NCBI GenBank assembly: GCA_965369865.1
Contig: CBDURU010000097.1
Location: 1 to 13,112, forward strand
Direction: 5' to 3'
Length of the DNA stretch: 13,112 nt
Origin: an uncultured bacterium
Lineage (GTDB): Bacteria; JAJVIF01; JAPKYR01
The notes under the pieces were generated by a model, which did not search any database, was not told the DNA's origin, and saw only the letters and a list, made by a program, of their open reading frames with translations. Position numbers and translations under genes: made by a program. Below, one piece after another: positions 7,150 through 13,112 of the stretch (positions are counted from its first letter, which is position 1; every line of letters begins with the position of its first letter).

Positions 7150-9435
7150 ATGGCTAAGAAGCGAAGTCGTCGACGGGCAAAAGGTCCGGGAATTGTCTCA
7201 ACCCTCAGAGACCCGAAAAAAGTCAGGGTTGCATATATCATTGCCGGACTTGCGCTAGTTTTTGGGGGAAGTCTTGGATTCGGTGCATCCCGGTGCGGCG
7301 AAACCAATCCCGGTCAGCAAAGATCTGTTGAAACCCGGCCCAGCGACATAATCGCCACGATCGGGGACCATGAGATCACGTATTACGAATATGGCCGCGA
7401 AGAAGATAAGAATCGCAGGAATGTCGATGCGAGAGGTGATCAGACGGTACTCCGACCCCCGGAATTCTGGGCGGAAGAAAAGTATGGCGTCCTTCGCCAG
7501 ATGATCGACATGGAATACTTCGATATCAGGTCACGGGAATCCGGGATTGAAATATCAGAGGATAAGATAGAAGAACGCTACGAGGAGTACAGGAAGATAC
7601 TCCTCCCGCCATCGGTCAACGTTGAAGACAGAAGTTTGCTGGAGCGGATATCGGATGCCTTCGCAAGTGTCAAGGAAGACAAAGCATTCGCGGAAAGCCT
7701 TAAGCGGATCGATCCGACCCTGACTCCCAGTCGATTACGATCCATCATCGAACAGGAACTTTTCGCTCAGGAATTTATCTCTGATCTTCAGGCGCGGATG
7801 GAGCAGGAAATAATCGGCGAACTCTCAAATGAAGCAAATGTCCTTCGAGAGGAAATTATCGGCGGAAAGGATTTTGGAGAGGCGGCCCAGGAGCGTTCCG
7901 ACCATCAGACGACCAACGGAATCGGTGGATTTCTCCCGATGGTCAGGCATACCGATACAAACTTACCCGTGCAGATTATCAATAGCGCTTTCAGCCTGCC
8001 AATCGACGAAGTCAGCCTGCCGATTATTGTCACTCAGCCCGATTTCTTTGGGGTCTGGCTGCTTAAAGTCACCAGCCGCAAGGAAGCCAGCGGTGATGAA
8101 TGGCTTGAGGCAAGGGAGGAAATCGGCCTGAGGCTGTTGGATGAAAAACGCCAAAGGGTTGAACAGGGAGTCATTGAAATGTCCGAGGAAGGGACCATAA
8201 CAGTCAGCGAGGAAGAAAAAATTAATGAATACGAGGAAGCTGACATCAAGATTATCTACCTGAAGGCCGAAGACCCCATGGGACGGGTTACGCAGCACGT
8301 TTATGAAGACCAGGACACAATGGCGATTATCATTAACGATCCACAGCTTCGTGCCATACACCATTCTGTCAACCAGGAATGGGAACTTGCGGCGGTTTCC
8401 TATTATGAGGCACTGGAAAGAAATGCGGGATTTTTCGACCCTGAACTGGACAACCAGTACGCGATCAATATGAGGGAAGCCAACCTGAGATACCTCCTCG
8501 CCTACATGTGGACCACCAGGGCTTTCAGTTCTGAATCCGAATGGTTACAGTCAATCTGGCTGCAATTCCAGGCAGATCCGGATGCGTTCGCTGGTGCGTT
8601 CCCATCGACACCTGAAAATATCAAGGAGGAGCAGCAGGGCTACTATGTCCTGGCGCTGGCAAACCTGGACAGGGCGATCGAGTTTGAAGAGATGCAACCA
8701 TGGTCGAGGCTCGCGCGGGCACAGATCGATCTCGCCAGGGAACATGTCTCAACACGGCTCATCGACGATCTGGCAACAGCCCATGAATATTCCTCCAATG
8801 ACCTCGAACTCGAATCCCGGGTCCTCAACTCGCTTAACCAGTTGATCGCCATTGACAACAGGGCACTTGAGAACGCAGAAGACATTCGTCCGGAAACCTG
8901 GATCGATCCGGTCTATCCTGAAACTGAAATGGGCATTACCCTGGAAGAAATTGACGCACCGTTTTTTGATTTGATCGATACCACTGAAACGCCTGAAATT
9001 CCAGCGGATGAATTAACCTTTGAAAGCCCCGCTGAACCTGAAATTTCGGAAGTGGATGAGGAAACAGCCGGAGAACCGGAAGAGGCTGTCGATGATACCG
9101 ATATTATACCCGGTGAGATTGAAGAGGAACTGGTTGAAGATTTGGATGAACCGGTAGTCGAAGTCGAGGATATTCCGGATTCTGAAGCACATGCTTGGCT
9201 TCCGATTGTGCCGGTTCCCGAAGCGCCCGGCCCGTTAACGCAGGAGCTTCGCGACCGTCTCGAGGAACTCAGGGACGAAGTCCAGATGTCGGTGGATATT
9301 ATTAACGCCCGGCGGCAGGCCGCGGAACAGCAGCGCCAGGCCATGCAGCAACAGCAATTCGAACTCCCCCCTCCTGATGAACCACCTTCTGCCGAGGCGG
9401 AGGACCTTCTGAGTGAGGAAGATGAAGAGGAATAA
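7150..9435 (+). CDS. Membrane-anchored SurA/PrsA/PpiD-like chaperone (SurA-N + parvulin-like domain + TPR-like helices + acidic tail)
   Basis: Probable ATG at 7150 after AAGGAG (761 aa). Basic N-terminus and one TM helix. SurA-N-like motifs (IIATIGDHEIT; VLRQMID...GIEISEDKIEERY). Parvulin-like core GKDFGEAAQERSD...GGFL...AFSLPIDEVSLPI...FGVWLLKV. Glu/Pro-rich C-terminus. Confidence 0.8.
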   Translation: MAKKRSRRRAKGPGIVSTLRDPKKVRVAYIIAGLALVFGGSLGFGASRCGETNPGQQRSVETRPSDIIATIGDHEITYYEYGREEDKNRRNVDARGDQTVLRPPEFWAEEKYGVLRQMIDMEYFDIRSRESGIEISEDKIEERYEEYRKILLPPSVNVEDRSLLERISDAFASVKEDKAFAESLKRIDPTLTPSRLRSIIEQELFAQEFISDLQARMEQEIIGELSNEANVLREEIIGGKDFGEAAQERSDHQTTNGIGGFLPMVRHTDTNLPVQIINSAFSLPIDEVSLPIIVTQPDFFGVWLLKVTSRKEASGDEWLEAREEIGLRLLDEKRQRVEQGVIEMSEEGTITVSEEEKINEYEEADIKIIYLKAEDPMGRVTQHVYEDQDTMAIIINDPQLRAIHHSVNQEWELAAVSYYEALERNAGFFDPELDNQYAINMREANLRYLLAYMWTTRAFSSESEWLQSIWLQFQADPDAFAGAFPSTPENIKEEQQGYYVLALANLDRAIEFEEMQPWSRLARAQIDLAREHVSTRLIDDLATAHEYSSNDLELESRVLNSLNQLIAIDNRALENAEDIRPETWIDPVYPETEMGITLEEIDAPFFDLIDTTETPEIPADELTFESPAEPEISEVDEETAGEPEEAVDDTDIIPGEIEEELVEDLDEPVVEVEDIPDSEAHAWLPIVPVPEAPGPLTQELRDRLEELRDEVQMSVDIINARRQAAEQQRQAMQQQQFELPPPDEPPSAEAEDLLSEEDEEE

Positions 9436-9454
9436 GAACTACCCTTGGGGAAAA

Positions 9455-9479
9455 TAGCTAATCGGAAAGCGATCCGCTA
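9455..9479 (+). other. Imperfect hairpin after the foldase stop (possible terminator or RNA element; also resembles a tRNA D-arm)
   Basis: TAGC-TA-ATCG-GAAAG-CGAT-CC-GCTA; no U-tract follows. Confidence 0.3.
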
Positions 9480-9482
9480 ACG

Positions 9483-9491
9483 TGGTATAAT
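9483..9491 (+). promoter_or_regulatory. Extended -10 promoter (TGGTATAAT) for the SBBP-repeat lipoprotein
   Basis: TGGTATAAT at 9483-9491, about 73 nt upstream of ATG 9565. Confidence 0.6.
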
Positions 9492-9564
9492 AACCGTGTA
9501 AACAATCGGACGGAAAATGAGCCGTTTGATTCTAATATTGGTCAAACAACCTGGGAGGAAGCTG

Positions 9565-12078
9565 ATGAAAGCCACACAACTATGGGTAGTTCTTGTTGCA
9601 TTGTTGTTGTTAATCGGATGCGGTAAATCTCATGACCCGATCACAAGCGGGGTCGAAGGAGATGCTATGTCCTCGACAACACCGCAATCGTCTCATTCCG
9701 GCACTGGAAATCGAGTTATCTGGGGACTTTGGAAAATCAACATTTCCACCGATCGAAGTACAGTTGAAGTTGTTCCGGACCGTACGGGCGCAATTCATTT
9801 TAACCTGGTTCGACTGCTGGAGGTCGATCCGTGCGCGGATTGCCTGAGATTCAGCAACGTCCAACTGTTTCCCGATGGCGAATTGAGCGTGGATCTCACA
9901 GTGAGACATCCGTTTCCCGGGCATCTCCAGCTTACAGGATTCGATATGCGGGGAGTGATCATTTCCGGGACAGGTTATACATTCCCTGTGAGCGGAAGAA
10001 GCATCGCGCAGGGCGACGATATCCTCACGGTGCTGAACTCCGACGGTTACACGCACTTGTTCAACCCGACCGATTTCCCACCGACCATCCCGCCGATTCT
10101 CGGGTACATACCCGGCCACATGGCGCCCGGCGGCGATCTGTCCGCGACATTGAATCCCTTCTTCGCGTACGAGCAGGATCAGCCCCGACGCATGTTCCTG
10201 CCCGGCACTGTGAGCACACGGACGATTCGGGTTCACATACCCGACGGCCCGCTCGAGTTCGGTTACGCCGTCGATGTCTCATGGTTCCCGGCGGATGGGG
10301 AAGTGACCGATCCTGAGAAAGACTTTCCACCGGAAGCGAACGCGATGGAAGCGTACAGGATCTCAGTGGAGGTTGGTCACGGCTCGATAACATGGATTTG
10401 CGAGGAAGCGGAGGTTAGAGTCGAGGTTTTTGACCACCAGGGCCTTGAAACTATCGAATCGGTAACGGTGGAGGCTCCTGACCTTTTTACAGGTGAGGTG
10501 TTCCTTGATTATTCCGGGGCTACCGGAGATGAAAGCTGGCTTTTCACCGGAACGATCTTAAACGAAATAGGCGTGGGCTACGATGACTGCCCCCTGCTCG
10601 TTAGAGTGAAAGATATAAACGCGGACCCGATCCATGGCGAAGTCGACGCATGGCAGATCGTGAATGTTCCGGGAGAACCCTCTAAAAATGGATGGGCACG
10701 AACATGGGGTGGGCAGTTGGGAGATGGCAGCTATGGAGTTATTAACGATAGCTCGGGCAACATTTATGTTGTCGGGGGTTTTAAAGACATTGTGGATTTT
10801 GATCCGTGTTCTGGGACCGATTACCACAGTTCCAACGGCGATTATGATATATATATGAGCAAATTCGATTCTTCCGGTAAATTATTGTGGGCACGCACCT
10901 GGGGGGGACCAGGCCTTGATAACGCCAATAGTGTTTGCATAGATGGCTCAGAGAATGTCTATGTCGCAGGGTCGTTCCGTGAAACTGTTGATTTCGACCC
11001 GTCAGAGGGGATCGATAGCCGCACCTCAAACGGTAAGGCGGATGCATTTCTCAGTAAGTTCGATTCATCAGGTAACTTCGAATGGGTACTGACATGGGGA
11101 GGAATAGATTCTGAGTCAGTCTATGGAATTGACATTGACAACCTGAGTAATTTGTATGTCACGGGTATGTACCATGGTCCAGTGGATTTTGACCCAGGGC
11201 CGGGTACGGATCAGCATACTACGGAGAATCTGGGCACTGGTATTTACCTGAGCAAGTTCGATGTATCCGGCTCATTCGAGTGGGCTCGAACATGGAGCAA
11301 TGGCGGTGCAGGCCGTGACGTCGCGGTGGACGACTCAGGTAATACCTATGTGACAGGTTGGTTTACTGATATCTCGGAGACGGACTTTGACCCAGGCCCT
11401 GGAATTGATTTACACGAAACAAATGGCTCCTTTGATTGTTTTCTAAGTAAGTTCGACACATCGGGTGAATTCCAGTGGGCACGCACCTGGGGTGGGATAA
11501 CTCCCGATTTAGGTGTAGGTGTTGTTGTCACCGATTCTGGCCTGGTTTATGTAGTGGGCACTTATAGCTGGCTGGTGGACTTCGATCCAGGCGATGGTGT
11601 CGATGAGCATTTGCCGAACGGTGGACATGATGTTTTCATGAGCATTTTCGATTCTATTGGAGATTTCCAGAGGGTCCTTTTATGGGGTGGACCGTTGGGT
11701 GATTGGGTGGATGGAGTTGACAGGGGCTATGGAATTACACTGGACGACTCAGGCTCCTTCTTTGTCACGGGGGCGTTTGGGGATATTGTGGACTTCAATC
11801 CCGGTTCGGGAACCGATGAGTATTATTCGAACGGTGACAGAGATTGTTTCGTTAGCTCATTCGATCCTGACGAAGAGTACCAGTGGGCACGAACGTGGGG
11901 AGGAATAGGAGAGGATATGGGGTTCCAAGTCTCCTGTGACTCATCCGGGAACGTGTACGTCGCTGGCCGGTTTGAAGAAACTGTAGATTTCTGGCATGGC
12001 CCCTACGAGGACAATCATACATCGAACGGATTTACCGATGCCTTCCTCATCAAGCTCCCGCCCGATGGGAACTGGTGA
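9565..12078 (+). CDS. Lipoprotein: shared unassigned N-terminal module + seven SBBP-like beta-propeller repeats
   Basis: Probable start is ATG 9565 after GGGAGG (837 aa). Signal MKATQLWVVLVALLLLIG|C19. The N-terminal ~350 aa is homologous to the minus-strand lipoprotein. The C-terminus has WARTWGG...D.SGNVYV.G repeats. Confidence 0.88.
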   Translation: MKATQLWVVLVALLLLIGCGKSHDPITSGVEGDAMSSTTPQSSHSGTGNRVIWGLWKINISTDRSTVEVVPDRTGAIHFNLVRLLEVDPCADCLRFSNVQLFPDGELSVDLTVRHPFPGHLQLTGFDMRGVIISGTGYTFPVSGRSIAQGDDILTVLNSDGYTHLFNPTDFPPTIPPILGYIPGHMAPGGDLSATLNPFFAYEQDQPRRMFLPGTVSTRTIRVHIPDGPLEFGYAVDVSWFPADGEVTDPEKDFPPEANAMEAYRISVEVGHGSITWICEEAEVRVEVFDHQGLETIESVTVEAPDLFTGEVFLDYSGATGDESWLFTGTILNEIGVGYDDCPLLVRVKDINADPIHGEVDAWQIVNVPGEPSKNGWARTWGGQLGDGSYGVINDSSGNIYVVGGFKDIVDFDPCSGTDYHSSNGDYDIYMSKFDSSGKLLWARTWGGPGLDNANSVCIDGSENVYVAGSFRETVDFDPSEGIDSRTSNGKADAFLSKFDSSGNFEWVLTWGGIDSESVYGIDIDNLSNLYVTGMYHGPVDFDPGPGTDQHTTENLGTGIYLSKFDVSGSFEWARTWSNGGAGRDVAVDDSGNTYVTGWFTDISETDFDPGPGIDLHETNGSFDCFLSKFDTSGEFQWARTWGGITPDLGVGVVVTDSGLVYVVGTYSWLVDFDPGDGVDEHLPNGGHDVFMSIFDSIGDFQRVLLWGGPLGDWVDGVDRGYGITLDDSGSFFVTGAFGDIVDFNPGSGTDEYYSNGDRDCFVSSFDPDEEYQWARTWGGIGEDMGFQVSCDSSGNVYVAGRFEETVDFWHGPYEDNHTSNGFTDAFLIKLPPDGNW
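10693..12075 (+). repeat. Seven ~65-aa coding repeats (7-bladed beta-propeller, SBBP-like)
   Basis: Unit consensus WARTWGG..D....V..D.SGN.YV.G.F...VDFDP..G.D.H.SNG..D.FLSKFD.SG.F, counted seven times. Confidence 0.9.
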
Positions 12079-12122
12079 GCCGAACCCGTGAATCAGCGGG
12101 CTCTCAGTTTCATCCACCCTTC

Positions 12123-12155
12123 AGGTTGAGGGTTCGAGTCCTTCCTTCCCAATCA
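12123..12155 (+). other. Orphan tRNA 3' fragment (variable loop, T-arm, acceptor 3' strand)
   Basis: AGGTT-GAGGG-TTCGAGT-CCTTC-CTTCCCA-A-TCA: canonical T-loop, 5-bp T stem (one G-U), 7-nt acceptor strand, discriminator and near-CCA. No canonical D or anticodon arm directly upstream. Confidence 0.55.
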
Positions 12156-12169
12156 ATTTTTTAATAGGA

Positions 12170-12198
12170 TTGGTCTAATACACTTTTTATGATATGTT
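12170..12198 (+). promoter_or_regulatory. Putative promoter for gmhA
   Basis: TTGGTC-N17-TATGTT with TG extension; an overlapping TATGAT at 12188-12193 is an alternative -10. Confidence 0.35.
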
Positions 12199-12292
12199 AT
12201 TCAGAGTTATTCCTCCACCGGGAGGGTAAAACCATCAGGCAGTAACAAAAAGGCTTTTGGACTTTATTAAATGGATGGGTGAGGAATTTAAC

Positions 12293-12943
12293 ATGGAGTA
12301 CCAACTTCTGATAGAGGAGAACTTCCGATCGAGTATCGGGCACATGGAAGCTGCGCTGACCGCGTGCCAGGGCCCTCTTGCGAGCGCGATAAGGAAGGCG
12401 ATCGCAATACTCGAATATGGGGGAACGTTATACTTTGCCGGCAACGGCGGATCGGCTGCGGATGCTTCGCATATCGCTGCTGAACTGGTCGGTTCATTTG
12501 AACATTACACTGCTCCATTACCTGCCGTATCCCTGTCGACAGACACATCGGTGCTTACTTCAATCGGCAATGATTTTTCATTCGACAGGATTTTCTTACA
12601 GCAGACACAGGCCCTGGTCAGACCTGGTGACCAGTTGTGGCTGATCTCAACCTCCGGCGAGTCGATGAACCTTTTTCATGCCGCTGCCTGGGCGCGTGAA
12701 AAGAGAATCAGCACGGTCGGGCTTCTCGGTAAACATGGAGGACGAATTGCTAACCAGGTGGATTACCCGGTCATAGTGCCCGGCGAAAACACCCAGCGCA
12801 TCCAGGAAATCCATATCCTCATGCTCCACACACTGGCATCGGCTCTTAAGCGAAGGTTCCCGGACGGGATTAAAGTTCGCACAAGGACCTCCCAACCATC
12901 TCATACACAACAAATTCCTGATGATGAACTCACACCGGATTAG
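12293..12943 (+). CDS. gmhA: Phosphoheptose isomerase (D-sedoheptulose 7-phosphate isomerase, SIS domain)
   Basis: Motifs GNGGSAADASHIAAELVG, LPAVSLSTDTSVLTSIGND, RPGD...ISTSG.S, G..GG, T.RIQE.H...H. Probable ATG 12293 after GAGGA (216 aa). Confidence 0.88.
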   Translation: MEYQLLIEENFRSSIGHMEAALTACQGPLASAIRKAIAILEYGGTLYFAGNGGSAADASHIAAELVGSFEHYTAPLPAVSLSTDTSVLTSIGNDFSFDRIFLQQTQALVRPGDQLWLISTSGESMNLFHAAAWAREKRISTVGLLGKHGGRIANQVDYPVIVPGENTQRIQEIHILMLHTLASALKRRFPDGIKVRTRTSQPSHTQQIPDDELTPD

Positions 12944-13094
12944 CACTGGAAATAGTAATTAATTAGAATTACGGCATGCCCCAATGTCGCCAACTTAAGC
13001 TCCCAAAGCCCGCTTATAATCATACGTCCAGCCTTTAAGACCAATTCTACTTGAAATTATATAATTCAAGGGGACATGCCATTTTTCTCCAGTG
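12944..13094. ncRNA. Candidate structured RNA or inverted-repeat element (rod-like; weak 6S RNA resemblance)
   Basis: Nested complementary segments: CACTGGA/TCCAGTG, GGCATGCCCC/GGGGACATGCC, CTTAAGCT/AGCCTTTAAG, plus an internal CTTGAA-N9-TTCAAG hairpin. Confidence 0.3.
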
Positions 13095-13112
13095 ATAAAC
13101 CTGACTTTACCA

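Noticed and set aside
10693..11900. CRISPR-like recurrence of TGGGCACG(A/C)ACNTGGG
   Set aside because: The repeats are degenerate, in frame, at multiples of about 195 nt, and encode the WARTWG motif of propeller blades; there are no cas genes.
12076..12107. Selenocysteine readthrough (TGA followed by a hairpin)
   Set aside because: The TGA falls exactly at the end of the seventh repeat, does not align with a Cys position, and readthrough would add only a short featureless peptide before another TGA.
12066..12155. Complete tRNA, tRNA-Sec or tmRNA gene
   Set aside because: Only the T-arm and acceptor 3' strand are canonical; there is no proper D arm, anticodon arm or tmRNA 5' end or tag frame.
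12197..12247. SAM-I riboswitch (TTATTCAGAG...GGAGGG)
   Set aside because: Lacks the downstream GCCC, GCAACC and GTGC core elements and a P1 partner.

Overview
Bacterial cell-envelope region with no recognisable integrase, transposase, reverse transcriptase or CRISPR array. Gene order: (1-2) two tandem paralogous membrane proteins, the first truncated by the window edge, each ending in a type IV pilin-like domain whose prepilin-peptidase motif is degenerate and internal; (3) a 68-aa two-TM protein; (4) a minus-strand 764-aa lipoprotein with a C-terminal PQQ/BamB-like beta-propeller; (5) a YfhO-family (GT-C-like) membrane protein; (6) a membrane-anchored SurA/PrsA/PpiD-like foldase with an apparently rearranged, degenerate parvulin domain and a very acidic tail; (7) an ~837-aa lipoprotein with seven SBBP-type propeller repeats; (8) gmhA. 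The best-supported unusual feature is that the two large lipoproteins share a ~320-aa N-terminal module (CxxC, HPFPG, DGYT, GYAVD.SW, DFP.EAN motifs), which I cannot assign to a family, fused to different propellers. Both genes also have the same TGGTATAAT extended -10. This suggests a modular 'constant carrier + swappable propeller' surface lipoprotein family. Also notable: an orphan tRNA 3' fragment just after the second lipoprotein, a ~150-nt rod-like inverted-repeat segment after gmhA (possible ncRNA), and several genes that appear leaderless. All family assignments are by eye from motifs; no searches were run.
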